The position numbers and the translations under genes are program-made. A DNA stretch of 64,000 bases, taken from contig CM082582.2 of assembly GCA_040954595.2 (NCBI GenBank), positions 11,089,483 through 11,153,482 of the forward strand, read 5' to 3'. Shown here piece after piece: positions 1-13,800 of the stretch. A model generated the notes under the pieces. It was not told the origin of the DNA, did no database searches, and saw nothing but the letters and a program-made list of their open reading frames with translations. Source of the DNA: Balanoglossus misakiensis. Its lineage: Eukaryota; Animalia; Hemichordata. Within the stretch, counting starts at the first letter, position 1. Each line of letters opens with the position of its first letter.

Positions 1-654
1 ACCTCCAATTCCAAACCATTGTCTGCCGGTCTGACGTTACGTTTGGCAAGTCAACCATGACATTCAACTTGTGTACACGGACTTGCCATTTGAATTCATC
101 GTAGAAGAAAATTTTCTCTTTTATTTACCAATGCAGGACCAAGAAAATTTGGAAGACTTCATGTAAACGATGAAGGAACCTGGACACAATAATTGTGACG
201 AAGTGGCCAGCCATAAAAAATGTACAGTCCTTTATTTGTTTAAGCCTCTTGAGTTGAAGTCACAAACTTTGATGACAAGGCCAGGTGAGGTCAACATTCT
301 CGAAATAACTCTCCCATAGAAACACAGCAGATTTTCGGTATACAGCTTAAAAAGAACTAGTGTCCCAGTTGGACTTAGTATCATAGTCAGAACTCAGTCT
401 AACCCTAAGACAACAGTTTGCCACCCTGTTCTAGCTTGCAACAGGGCATGTTATAGTCAATCTGAACTGGTCTGTGGACAAGTCAAGCTGTAATTTTTTT
501 TTTCTGGTCTACGGTGAAAAATAAGTGGTACTGGACCTTGACCACCTGTTCAGTAAACAACAGGTCACACCATCGGAAGACATAAAAAAGAAATAAGTGT
601 GTGTGATACATACATGAAGTTAAATATATTTTTGCCTAAATAAAAATGTCATAC

Positions 655-1755
655 CTTCACATTTGGCTCCACTTCCCTGATAGCCAACGTCACATGCACA
701 CTGATAAGCTCCTGTGACCAAACCACACAAACACACCGCTTGGCCACTACATGTTGATATGCACTTCTCTGTTTCGACCACTTCCCAGTTTTCTTCTTGC
801 TCATCTGAAAAATGAATCAATAAAAACACTTACATGAAATGCCAAACCCACTTGCCTTCTAGGATTGTTGCACAGGCAAAAAAAGTTAAAAACATCATCA
901 GAACAGTTACAGCTCCTGACTCACACTATAAATATAAAACCTATAAAACCTTAATTTTTGGCTTGCAGGTGAACTTCACTGTGTGCAAATGTAAACTTCA
1001 GATACATATAAATTAAGCTTTGATAGACTGTATACTTGTATATAAAATCACCCACCTGTATTCAAATTTACAGCAAAAAGTCTGAAGTTGTCAACTGATT
1101 CAAAACGTATGGCGTAGGTTTCATTGGATGCGATGGAACGTAGTTGCAACAGACTTGCATCACCCATTCCAACAGCAAAGATGTCCAACTGTGATGTCCA
1201 AGTGATGTTCCATAGTAACGACAGCAACTCTCGACTGGCGACCTCGGGATCCTCTCCGATGTCAGATATCCCGTCGGTGATCAAAACTATCTTTTTCTTG
1301 GCCTCGGGGCGGGAATTCAACAGAATGTCTCTGGCGGCCCGCTGGGCTTCGGTGGTTGCTGTAAACCCGTCCGCCGCCCGGGAAATTCGGTCGACGGTGG
1401 AGAACAACTGGCATTTGTCGAGGTTGTCTGGGACCAGATCGTTGGGGATGGAGTTGTAGTCCGTCACCACTGACGTGCTGTATGTAACTATGGCAACCCT
1501 TGTGCGCTCCTTGCCAATGTCGAATCCGGCCAACAGATTCTTGATGAAGGCGAAGACAGTGTCGATGGCACCGTGCACAAGCGACATACTTTCCGATCGA
1601 TCTACGATGAAAACGATGTCGACTTCTTCCGCTGGGGACACGAAAAAGTCGGTCTCCAGAGTTTCAAGGAACCGGTCTGGGTCGGAGCTCGTCACCAGCC
1701 GTGATCCGGAGAAAAAGAGGACCAGCGTCCAAACGAATATTCCTTGAAGATACAT
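655..1755 (-). CDS. SVEP1/polydom-like secreted protein, first two coding exons (1755-1056 signal peptide + VWA; 804-655 Cys-rich EGF-like); continues beyond the left edge
   Basis: Signal peptide MYLQGIFVWTLVLFFSG. VWA with intact MIDAS (DIVFIVDRSES, VLITDGIS). The next exon CLCGLVTGAYQCACDVGYQGSG resembles the post-VWA Cys segment of SVEP1. GT-AG sites join in phase 1. Confidence 0.8.
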
Positions 1756-2119
1756 CGGGATTGTCGCACAATAAATTTGCGCTCAGCAATTGAGGATGTT
1801 ATACTTGCTGTTGATACCAGGAAATAGAAGTGTCCATTACATTTAATAAGGAAGGGAATCCGGACAGTACCTGGACATATTGGACCGTGTCCATTGCGTC
1901 GTCAGTCTATCACTAGTATCAGGATCGGTCGGTCAACACACTTGTTGCTCTGACGGAAAAAACGATCACACAAACAGCCTTCTCCGTACTGAAATCGAGA
2001 AAGTTTGAACACAACACTTTACAAAACGAATACCGCTATAAATACAACGTATTTGCGGAAATAAACAGACCTTTCAGAACGACACACTCTCCGAACGTTT
2101 ACAGCAAGCTGTGCATGGG

Positions 2120-2220
2120 GTCATATATATGTACTTTGCATACGAAACTTTCCCGCTTACCTGATTGGTTTATTTCTCGACTGTGGGAGGTCATTTCAGG
2201 TCACTCTCGGTTTCGCGAAA
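2120..2220 (-). promoter_or_regulatory. Putative promoter of the SVEP1-like gene
   Basis: TATATATA at ~2124, E2F-like TTTCCCGC at ~2149, CCAAT (ATTGG at ~2164) and palindromic TTTCGCGAAA at 2211-2220, upstream of the ATG at 1755. Confidence 0.35.
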
Positions 2221-4086
2221 CCCGACAGCAGTGATGGTTGCGATGGTGATTCTGCCGCCATCGCCCATCTACACTCCACTTCCACACTGTCACCCTGATC
2301 ATTTATCGTGAGTAGTGCACCAATCAAAAAGAAATAAGAAATACAATTGTAAGCCCAAGCAGTTTTCATATATGCTCTGACAAAATGTACTTTCAATGTC
2401 ACTTGTGAACTTCGCTCTCCACGTCCACTGGGCCCCACTCAAACAAAAATGTCAGGAATAGACTTGCTTCCAGAATCCAAGTAACCATGTCATAAAACGA
2501 TGGCCTGCTATGATCAGATGCACGTTCGTTACCGTCACACCTACTTGTGTATGTAGTGAAATAAATGTAGCACAAACCTAAAACCTTCGAAGAAGAATCT
2601 TTTAGTTCTTTTACTCACAGTGACGAGGCCTGGGGGCATCAAACAACGTCTGCCTTGCATCAACTCTGGTCGCTTTCCAGCAAAGGGTATGGTCTCTGTT
2701 AGCGTTAGCTGATCCACGGTCACTCCACACAGACTGTGGCGGATCTGAAGCAAGCATGGTCTGCCGACACTCTCCACCTTCCCTCGTCATCAAGTTCATA
2801 CAGTCATGGTCAATCTCTTCCTTCTTCATGATGACCACTCAATGTCAGACACACGCCACCACTGGCGCGTTATCTGCACTCATTCGAGTACGCCACCTAG
2901 AGTCGGTACGATTATACATCTTTTCTGTGATTTGCTTCCATATTCGTGCTTATTTTTACGGCAGCGCTTTATTGATGAATTAAACATGCAGACTGAAGAT
3001 AATTTCGTTATAATGCAGTTTGGACACCACTCATTCGAATATTCTGGTATTAGACAAATCCTCTCAATCTGGGCGTCGTCGACGGAAAACTGTCTAGAAA
3101 GGCATGCGTCTATCTGTCTCCTGTAAATGCTATTTGTGGGAATTTCTTTTCAAAATTGGTGATTGTGCGGTGAAAACTGATAAACAATGAATACGCCAAC
3201 ATTTGAACATTTTATAAAACACAACGTCGATTAAAGATATATGGATGGTTTAAAGCGACGTCAGTCTTGGGAGTCTTATAATAACAGTAAATGGGAACTT
3301 TCCATGGCAACTGTGTCCAAATTTGCATAAGCGACCCTGCAGCTATAGTCGCGTTGACAGTATAATACCCATCAACACGTCTTTTAGCACGTACGGCTGT
3401 GGATAGTTAAGTAATACCGATGCACCATGTGGTTAGAGAGTGTACGAGCTTCTATGTACAACGTATCATGTATTCAATGCGAATCCGCCTCAGGCCTCGT
3501 TAATTTGATGCGGATTCTATCATAATACTTGTTATAATTTGTGAGTTACTTGTCAAAATGGAGTTATCTTTATCCGCTGTCCAGACAACACGCTAATTAT
3601 AACTCGGTACTGTCACATGAAGCGAAGTATACGTGAAAATCTTCCGGGCCAAACACAGCACAATGACTAAGAACGTTTAGAAATTGTAAACCTAGCGACA
3701 ACGAAATTGGGATCGAGTAATACTTTCAAAAAATAATTATTACTTGGGAAACACTTTTTTGGGTATGGAAATATAAATATGAGATTCTGTTGAGCCCCTG
3801 GATAGTCTCAATATCTTTCTGATCCTCGGGATATCAAGGGCCCGTCCCATGTGTATATCATGGAGGACATTGTGAAAAGTTTGGCGATAATCAGTATCTC
3901 GTTGGTTAGTTTCGCATTCAGTGCTTCAAAGTACCTTCCTCGATCGACAGGCCCACCCCCTTGCAGTAACTGAAAACTCCCTAATCCAAAGTTATTTTGT
4001 ATAATTGTATATTTGGATGACATTACTGTAGAAAGTAACTGGCCGGCGACACCCAGGCGCATGGGTTTTCCCCGACTTTGAGAATT

Positions 4087-5610
4087 ATGTCCTGGTACGC
4101 AAAAGTATTTCCATACATCATTGGCTTTGGCGTTGGAATCGCATTGTCGCTGTTAACTGTGTTTCAGTCAGTGAAGTACCCTGCGTTACCAGCGATGAAG
4201 AGCGAATACACGCGGCCTGCAGTACACGAGCTCCGGTACGACACGCATTATCTGGCCTCGGAAGATCGCCTGCGCCGAGAAATCGAGAACTCGACGGCGA
4301 AGTGCCAGTGCAAAACGCCCAGCCAGGAGAAATACCGTCGACAGTACGAGCGCCGCCTGAACGAATCGAGAAACCAGCGGAAAGAAAACGAAATGCGAGA
4401 TGTGCCCGTTGGGTTCTGCGGCTATCTGTCACCGCTCAGCTCCGTTGGACACGGGATAACCGTCGAACCACTGCAGATGACGAGAATAGTTGGCCTTGCT
4501 GTGCACAGGGCAGCGTTTGACAACAACATGCTGGATCCCGCAAGCGTAAAACTGACGATTGTTTGCGTGAAGGAATTAGGCGTGATTCTGGTCAAAAACT
4601 TTCACCACCAAGGGAACAAAAAGGGAGCCGTTACAATCAACGGTAACTTCACCAATACACTTCTTATCCAAATCGCTTCTGCTGACGTTGACGAAGCCAA
4701 GGAACTCCTGAACGCGTTGATGTCGAATCTTTGGTACAAAAGTTTATCATTCACGATTGATGCTTGGGAGAGACTGGAAGTTTCGGTTTTACAGTTCATT
4801 TCCGTGGTCAATATTCACATACGGAGAAAACCTCTGCCCGATCTGTACGACACACTCTCCGGCCGAGTAGCTGACAAGGTGACCGTCATCACCAAAACTT
4901 TCGAGCGTTACAGCGCCCTTCGCCGCCTGATAGACAGCGTGCATCTTTACTACCCCGATGTAACTGTCGTAGTGGCCGACGATTCCGAAAAACCACAGAT
5001 TGTCAGAGACCCAAAGGTGAGGCACTTCACCATGCCTTTCTTGCAAGGTTACTTTGCTGGGCGAAACCTGGCACTCAGTCAAGTCACCACGAAGTATGTC
5101 CTGTACGTTGATGACGATATGTTTTTCACAAATGCAACGATATTAGAACTTATGATCAAAAAACTGGAGGACCATCACATCAGAATCGATCTGGTAGCTG
5201 GACAAGTGCAGGGTTTCCGACAACTCATCAGCATGGCCGATGTCTCCTATGGCGACGAAGGCGTCTGCGTTACTTCCCTCCCTCCCAGCACCGTTCCAGT
5301 TCCCTCGCATCCGGAATGCACCTTTGGTGAAATATTCTACAATTTCTTCTTGGCGAAAACGGCCGTCCTTAGGGGAATCGGATTCGACCCCGCGAGTCCC
5401 CAAAACAGGGGACACATCGAATTCTGGCTGGACGCCATTGGTCGATCACAGAGCGTCTTCTGCAGTGACGTCTCGATTGGCCACGCGCACCTGGATGGCG
5501 AAAGTGCCAAATACGAAAAGTACCGATCACTTCGACAAATGAACGAGCACATGTATTTTCGAAACGACCTGTGTTACTACTTCTACAAACCGCACAGATT
5601 TTTCGGATGA
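4087..5610 (+). CDS. Beta-1,4-N-acetylgalactosaminyltransferase (B4GALNT1/2-like, GT-A fold), single coding exon
   Basis: First ATG is at 4087 (the ORF track starts at a TTG). N-terminal type II TM. Family motifs KVTVITKTFERY, VVVADDS, GYFAGRNLALSQVTTKYVLYVDDD (DxD), NFFLAKT, HIEFWLD. Confidence 0.88.
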   Translation: MSWYAKVFPYIIGFGVGIALSLLTVFQSVKYPALPAMKSEYTRPAVHELRYDTHYLASEDRLRREIENSTAKCQCKTPSQEKYRRQYERRLNESRNQRKENEMRDVPVGFCGYLSPLSSVGHGITVEPLQMTRIVGLAVHRAAFDNNMLDPASVKLTIVCVKELGVILVKNFHHQGNKKGAVTINGNFTNTLLIQIASADVDEAKELLNALMSNLWYKSLSFTIDAWERLEVSVLQFISVVNIHIRRKPLPDLYDTLSGRVADKVTVITKTFERYSALRRLIDSVHLYYPDVTVVVADDSEKPQIVRDPKVRHFTMPFLQGYFAGRNLALSQVTTKYVLYVDDDMFFTNATILELMIKKLEDHHIRIDLVAGQVQGFRQLISMADVSYGDEGVCVTSLPPSTVPVPSHPECTFGEIFYNFFLAKTAVLRGIGFDPASPQNRGHIEFWLDAIGRSQSVFCSDVSIGHAHLDGESAKYEKYRSLRQMNEHMYFRNDLCYYFYKPHRFFG

Positions 5611-6630
5611 ATGTAACTCTCACGCCCACGATTGGTGCGATGATCACCGATCGGCCGCTGTCGCATGAATTTGACCTGCGACTTGAAGCTCCTCTTGCTG
5701 TTATAACTTTTGGCTCTGTATTTTTGTTCCGCGTATTTATTGACTTGTGTTCGGATCACCAAAGAGTGGTGAATTATTATGCGGCGTCCTGCTTTCCAAT
5801 GAATGTATTGATATTCGTGCAAAAAAATAATCTTCTTACGGCTATAATGTCCCTTTAATCATTTGCTGGTCAATGATCTTATGTTGGTGTACGTTTTGCA
5901 GTGGTGCCGGAAGAACGCATAGTCGTACAACTTTATACTGTTTGCTCTTTCGGTGAACGAAAAAAAAACTATATTATCTGCAATGTCGGTGTGGGTAGAA
6001 ATAAAAAAGATTTTCAAACGTAAAAGAATAGCACGGGCTAAGTATGTGCCATATGGCTATAACTGTTCACAGCATTCCCTAACACACCAAACATGACGAG
6101 AGATTAATTTTACAACAAGGCCTTTTTAGTAGACCAATTCAACAGCTGCTTCGGTGGCAGTAGATTGTGCAGTTTAGGATTTACGAAGATCTGGTTATTG
6201 GCGACCCTATAATCATGATAATAATTCGAATACAAAGCGGACAGATGGTGTAGTACTAAAATTTAATATAAGGTTTCCGATATTCATTGAATTTCGGTGC
6301 ATTGCAATCAAACACATTTGGTGAATGTGTGTAGTATTACGCACAATGACTGCCTGATCAGAAGGGGTAATGTTTGTTGCGAAGAGACCGCGGAGTAAGT
6401 GCCCCGAGTGTCAATGACCGCAACCGTGACGGAATAATTTTTAGAAAGTGGTCAAGTTGTAGTAGCAAATCACTTCTGATGTGAATTTAACGGTCGCCAC
6501 CAACGGCGGGCATGGCAAATTCTTCCGTTGCCCTCTTTCTGGAGCGCAAATGGAAGAAACAGAGAGGGGTCTGGGTTTCAAACAAATAATTTTAGACCGC
6601 AAGGGCTGCAGGCTACTAAAAAGACACACA

Positions 6631-6636
<6 letters not shown>

Positions 6637-6668
<32 letters not shown>
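6637..6668. repeat. (CA)n microsatellite
   Basis: Perfect CA run seen directly in the sequence. Confidence 0.95.
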
Positions 6669-6671
<3 letters not shown>

Positions 6672-7886
6672 CATTTCCCTAGGTAGTAGTGTATCTTTAA
6701 TCCACCTAGGAAATTATTACAAATTCTCAGTTGTACAAAGAGCCATTAAAAATGCTTTCATGTATGTAACATTGTTGTAAAAAAAACATCCATCATGTAA
6801 TGTTAACTAGCAGTGCTTTTGCCATTTTGTGAAATTTTGTGAGATGATAAAACTATATCAATAAGCTGCCAGTATACACTGATCAACAAGTTCTTCTAAG
6901 CCTCTGAGTCTGAAAAGCAGCGATGTAGCGTCTAATTTCGATTTTTACATCATTAGCATATAAAAAGTTTTGTCTTCAGAGAAAAAAGTTCCTTCCTTAA
7001 TAAAAAAACAACAACAAATATTTGAGTGATATATACTCCTTAGCAGTGCAAATGAAGTTTAGGAATGTTCAGATTGTAACATAGAGTTTGTCAGTTCCAA
7101 ACATAATGCTGCCCCCCCCCCCACTAAATCTACACTACCTTTCTATTTTGCCGTTTGTTTGTTCAGCTGTTATATACATCTTCAAATCCAGAAACAAATC
7201 TGCCGTTTGGACTCTGGGATGGCCAAAAATTCTTTGAATCTTACCCTAAACCTGCCTAAACAAAACAGAACATGGTGACAACACAAGAACCAGCACCGTG
7301 ACAATCCCAGGCCCGGGGATAATTTACAACTGCAATACTGGGACCAACTGCACCACTGAAAATGATTCTGGCATTGATACTCTATAACCTGTGGCTGCAG
7401 CAAGTTTCTAGTCTTTTAATTACGCCCCATACCACACAAACTGACAGAAATTGATTCACTATTCACCATGCACTGTCACTTTCTCAAAATTATTTAAAGA
7501 AACTCCATGTTTCTACAAATCAACATATGATCAAAGGTATATACATTAATGTTTCCTTCTTCAATTCAAATTCCATGATGATAATTTGTGACTAAGATTT
7601 TCATAAGTATATTATATTTATATAATTATCTAAATACAGCATTGTTGTATGGATTTCTATAGAGAACATATGTATAACATGTGTCAAGGTGTTTCTAAAT
7701 ATGCATACACCAGGCAAGTAAGTAAGTAAATAACTATCCCACTGACATCAGCCAGTATAAAGTAACAGAAATGCACTAATGTGGCCTTTGTGTTGTAAGT
7801 TTATAAAAATAAAGTGTTACATCAAAATCAAATTCTTTGCATCTGAAGTCAAACTCCAAAATACTTTCGAGAGGTTGTCAAGGTCC

Positions 7887-10800
7887 CTAAACAAAAACGT
7901 AACCCTCTCCTTCAAGGTCGATTTCAGGGCTGAGTTCGTCTTCAGATCGCCCCTCTGTTCCTTGAGAGTCAGATGATTCACCTCTGACCTTTGAACTCTC
8001 TGCTGTCTCCCCGGCTTTGGGGGTCCCCTTGTCTGCACCTTCTTTGACCTCAGCGGTTGGCTTGACCGACGTCTTGGCCACACCTTTCTCCGTGTCACCG
8101 GTCGCCCTGTCGCCTTTACCCTGGTCTGGCGTCTCAGTCTCCGGCTTTTGTTTCGCGACTTGTTCCACCTTCTCTGGTTCTGCCTTCGCCGTTTCTCGCC
8201 CGTTTTTCTCTTCTGGAATGGAGGCCTCTTTCTGCTGCCCCAGCTCCTTGGGTTTGGTAGCTTGTCCCACTGACTTGGACCTTGGTGGAACTTCTGCGGC
8301 TGAAAGAATTCACGGGACCACTTATTAGAATCCAGGTCATGTGACATGAGCATGTCATGTGATATCAAGTCATGTGTATGTGTGACATGAACAATTTTTA
8401 AACAGTTTGTGTACATATGGGCTATGTTGAGACATATTTAACAATGACCCAATGGAGCTGAACAAGAAACCATGCTTGATTCACATAAAGATACAGACAG
8501 AATAGCCAAAAGTGACAGATAGTGGATCTATAATTACCCTTGTTTTAGCATACCATGTATCCAGTGTGGGCATGAAAGTATGGGATTATGCATACATGCA
8601 TGGCAAGTCAAGACTCACCTCGACCTTGATGTTGATATGGCAGGCCTAACCCTAGGCCTGTCCTGGCTCTAACCCTGGGGTGTACTACACGTACATGTAC
8701 AATGTATAGATGACATTGGGTGACGGCAGTCAATGTGTTAATGGAAGGGGGAGAGAAATATGGCACAGATAAAGAGAGGGAGACAAAATATGCGAAAAGG
8801 GAGTAAGAGATAAGGGAGGAATTTGATAGACGAGAGATTTAAAAAGATGATTACAAAAAGTGGAAAAGATGAAATCATTTTTATTAGTATTTTAAGATAT
8901 GATATATCACGTGCATGTAAATATGCCATTGCATGGTGTACAATTCAAGATGGAGGGCATTTTCATAGGTGACAGGTTATTCTTGACAAATTGTCTGCGT
9001 GCATACCCAGAAGTGCCAGACAGGATTTTTTGTTATTTCCTTTCTTCAAGTAAAATTGCAGAAGGAAAGACACACAGAAACAGGTTTTTCTTTTTAAAAT
9101 ATGGTTCAGGATATGCTGGATTAATAAATGATCTCAATATTTACCCGAATCAGTGGTGTCTGTGTTCATTTTGGACAGCGAGTTCGACCTAGGCTTCTCT
9201 GCTTCTTCATCCCCTGCTTGTCTCTCTATGGTGTTGATCTGTTTAGCTCTGTCTTTCACCGACATCTTCTGCTGTGTTTCTCTGACCACCCCTTCGTTTT
9301 TGGGCCGGGCTGGCTTGGTCGGGGCCGGTGTCTTTGCAACGGTCGGGGGTGAGTCTGGTAAACGGAAAGGCAATACAGGGGGAATTTATTTGAGGTGTGA
9401 GACAACAAACCGACAAAACAACCAAATGGGAAACTTGATTAAATTACACAGGGCTTGTGGCTATAATCGGCACCAAACGCAAATGTTTTCTTACCTTGCT
9501 TTATAGAACCAGGTTTTTTCAAAAGTGATGGTTTGGGTTTGATTGGAGGAGGAGGTTTTGGTCTGTTTTTTCGGCTGGAAGGTGGTGATGGTGTGGCTAC
9601 GTTACTTGGCGTTTGCTGTGTAGTGGGCTGTGAAGGAGCAGTTGGCTTTTTGGCTAATGGTGGCGAGGACCTCTCTGCTGCCTTGATTTGTGGCTGTGAA
9701 GTCGCAGTTGGTTTTCTGCCTGGTGGTGGTGATGGGGTTTGGACGTTACTGGGTGCTTGTGGTGTAATGGTTGGCTTTCTGCCTATTGGTGGTGATGGTG
9801 TTGCCGGCTTGCCAGATGCTTGCTGTATGGCTGCTGGCTTTTTGCTTAGTGGTGGTGTTGAGGGTGCCTCTTTGTTGATGGGTGCTTGCTGCGTGGCTGC
9901 TTGCGGCTTTTTGCTCGGCGGTGGTGACTGTGTCACTGCGGCACCTGGTGCTTCTGCAGCAACTGACTCGTGTTGCGGTTGTACAGGAGGTGTCGCTTTG
10001 ACTTGGGTGGTGTCAGGTTTGCGTGTCTCGGGAAGTTTGGGCGAAGATGGTGGTGCCACCGTCTCGGGTTCATTCTTCTTTTGGGGCTCCTCGGTTTTGG
10101 CCGGTTCTGGTTCAACGCTCGGCTGCTTTTGTGATTCAGCTGGTTCCACTTTGGCAGTCGTCGTTGTCGTTGTGTCAGGCTCCGAAGTCGACGACTGAAT
10201 CACTGCTTTGAGTTCATTCTCCTTAGCTGGCTCTTCATCTGCTTTGACAGGTTCTGGTTCAGATTTCTGCTGCTCTGGTGCCTTAGCTGCCATCCTATTG
10301 ACAGTCTCATCATCTTTAGGCTTCTCAGCAACTTTGACCGGCTCTTCTACAGTGACTGCCTGAGGTTCCTCCTTACCAGCTGATTCATCAGCAGCTTCCA
10401 CTGATTCTGCTTCTGAACTGACTTTGACCACCATGCCTGGCAGTGCTACTGGCTGCTGCTCTACTCTCTTGGGCAGCAGGTCGGCTTCAGCTTCATCTGC
10501 CTTTTCAGATCCCGCCGGTTTCAGAGACCGTCTCTCAGCTTCGACGTCTGCGCGTTCTACAGTCTTGCTTGTCCGTTTCTGCTGAAGCACGGGGCTAGCC
10601 TTCTCTGGAACGTCTTGCTTGTCCTTAGACGGTTCAGCCGGTTTCGGAGAAGCGCTCACCGACAGCGTCTGTGCCGGCGATTTGTCCCTGGCCTTCACCG
10701 AGCGGGGTTTCGGCACTGGTGAACCACTGCCCTTCTCGGGCGTGACCGGTTGAAGCTCCTCGTACACCGACTCGCTGCTCTCTTTGGTGGACATCGTCGA

Positions 10801-13800
10801 CGGTGAACGAACCTTCTGACTTATCCTTGTTGATCGTGGTCTTGCTTTGGGTGATATGTCAGCATGTCCACGCTCTGGTTGTTTTTCTGATTTCACGTCC
10901 ACAGACAGTGGAACTTTTTCTGCAGCAGCAGGAGCAGCCGCCGGCTGTTTTTTCTCCTCAACCTTACTCTCCTCCACGTCCTACAAGACAATGCAAATTT
11001 TACATCATTTCAACACCTGTTGGCATGTTGGTACACCACTCATTCATTGACCCTATACAAAAATGATGAAAATTTCACATTCTTGCAAAAATAGCATTTT
11101 CTTGTTATTCATACTGTGACAAAGCAAATACTCTGTGGAATTACTTACAATCTTCTCAACTGATTTCCGCTGCTTTGATTTCATTTCTGCCAGGAACCCT
11201 TGGCCCATAGCTGCTCCAAACATCGGTACTCCCATGGGTTTCTTAGCAACGGGAACCTCCTCCTCCGCTTCATCTTCCCGGCTTTCACTTCCGGAGTCAT
11301 CCGGGGTCCTGCTGGCCTCTTTTGGCTCCTCTCGCCTGGAGCGACTCGGTGCGACAGCTCCTGCGACAGATTTTGTCGACTTTCTGACCTCAGATTCAGC
11401 TTTTCGAGTCTGGGCGGGCACCACTTCCTGGGGTTTGGCCGCCTCTGCAAGAAACCAAAGTGAATTCATCAAAGATATGAAACATTTTCCTGAAGCTTTA
11501 AGGAAATGCTTCCAGTAAAAATCCTACATAAAGTTGATTTGTTAAATAAAAAATTTTCAGTCATTTTACACTTAATTTTCTGCAAGGTTCAGGCTGATTT
11601 GGGTCGTTGAAATCTGCACAGTGCATGCCAACAATGGAATTCACACAACTGCATTCGCAATAAATTCAATTTTCATATTGTCTGGAGTTGACAGTGTGTT
11701 TGAATATCCCTAATAAATCATCAGCACAGATAATGCAGCCAGGAACTCCTGTTTCACAATGCCTGACAGACTAGAGCTGATATGAAAAAACAAACAGGAC
11801 CAGGGTATCAAATGCAACACAATACCATGGTGATGGCCTTTGACCTCAAATAACAAAGACTGCATGAGGAAGTAAAAAACACATTTCTTAACAACACAGG
11901 TTGATTCTGACTGACCACCCGCCAGACATAACGCTTGGCCGGTTTCTATGGTGATACAATTACTTCACCTCTGGACCTCACCCAATTGTAGCTGGTAGCT
12001 GGGCAGGGGAAATGAGGAAGTGTTTTTTTTCTAATCTATTTCTTGTGGGTAAAATACTCACTGCTGAGGCTTTGTTAAATGTACATTTAATACATAAAGT
12101 GCCCTCACAGACCAAAGTATCTGATCAAACTGTATGCAGAGCCAAGCAGGGCTTTAACAAAAGTTTGTGAGCCAGAAACAAGTGAGGGCACACTACGTTG
12201 GCTATCCAATTCCAGGTCTACATTCCCCCACTTTGGCTATGGAATGCTGCAGGCTGAGTTAACAAACTTAATTGGAATCATATTCTTGCTATGCTTATGC
12301 ATGTTTATGCATGTAGGTAGACCTCCTGCATAAGCCCGGCAAAATAGCTTCTGAACTGGGACTTGATGTTTCTCCCACGCTGTCAAACATAAATGAAACA
12401 AAGTCAATCTCTCCCACTTCCCACTAGTCAGATTAAATACTCTACCTTGTCCTTTGGTTTGGTCTTCAACTTCTTCGTAGATGTTCAGTTCTTCATCTGA
12501 CTTTTGCTTTTCTTTTTCTGCTGCGGCTTGTTTCACTTTTTTGCTACCTGGTGATTTATCCCTTGCCCCAGAAATCATTGCACTTAATTTACTTTTAGAG
12601 AAAAACCCTGGCAAAATACTGGAAAGTGGAACAGTTGAAAAAATATGCGGTGAGTTACACAGTAAGGGAAAACAGATTAGCGACCAAAGAAATGATGTAA
12701 ATTAACTGGCAACTGTTAGAAATGGATTGTGGAATTAAAATAATGGAATGAAAATGTGTCATAAATGAACGTTCACTTCTCTTTGCACAAGTAAGTTTAT
12801 TTGAAAAGCTACAATATCAGTTTGACTGATGTTTGATACAAAAGTATTAAAAATAAATGACACATTGTTATCATCTGAATATATATATAAATTGTCACAT
12901 TAAAACTCTTTGGTTCATTTAGAATAGATGGATTAAGAAATTAAGATTAAATAAAATGAATTTGATAGAAAAGAGTAGATATTAGGTTGAAATGACAGAA
13001 TAATTTCATGATCTGAGCAGCCTGAACTTTATCTGGAAACATTTGCATTTCAGAGGTTCATCAACATCTCACTGAAATCTTGTTTTACTTTTTCATATAG
13101 TGCTGGATAAACAGTTGATGCAACTGATTTCAGAGAGGCAACAGCTACTCAGGGGTTTTAAAGACAAAGTTAACACAATTCTTGTCAATCTGAACTATTG
13201 TTATACTATACTTGACTTTCATCATTAAAAAGAAAGCCAGCCATTCGTTTATGTCATTGAAACACTTACAAGAGGTTAGATAATTTGTAGAATGATTCTT
13301 AAATAAAGAAAATTATGAGTAATTCAATTTCTGACACCACACAGAATATTAAACATAAAATTGACTACAATAACAAACGGGTAGTCCAAAACAAAAATCA
13401 AACTTAATGACATCACAGCAGTTCAAAGATAACTTTGTCATAGTCTAATATCTCATCTCTCTATCTATATCTATATTGTGAAAAATATGATACAATGTTC
13501 TTGTGCCTGTAAATTTATGCTAAAGACATGTGATGGAGAGTGGAAGAATACAGAGGTACTAGTACTTGTATGTATACATGTGCTTAAAGGCTGTGGAGAA
13601 TACAGACAAGTCTACTACAAGGATGTGTGTGTTTGGAAAGATGGGTTAGTTATGCATTACAGAATGTAACACTATGAAAGGAAATTTCACAAACAAAAAG
13701 TGCCCAAAAATTATAATTCAGTGCAAATTTTAACTCTGATAAACTCTTGACAGATTATGTGACTAACACAAGAACATGTACGATATGCAACAATTGGTTA

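Noticed and set aside
2196-3126. Several short ORFs, including a possible exon 2838-2620 with a GTGAGT donor
   Set aside because: No recognisable domain, and I could not build a consistent spliced frame.
8619-8685. Possible small CARMIL cassette exon with telomere-like TAACCCT units and an 8-bp hairpin
   Set aside because: The donor is good but the acceptor is ambiguous and weak; two hexamers are not an interstitial telomere.
9533-10198. 221-aa Gly-rich plus-strand ORF
   Set aside because: Antisense shadow of the Pro-rich CARMIL exon.
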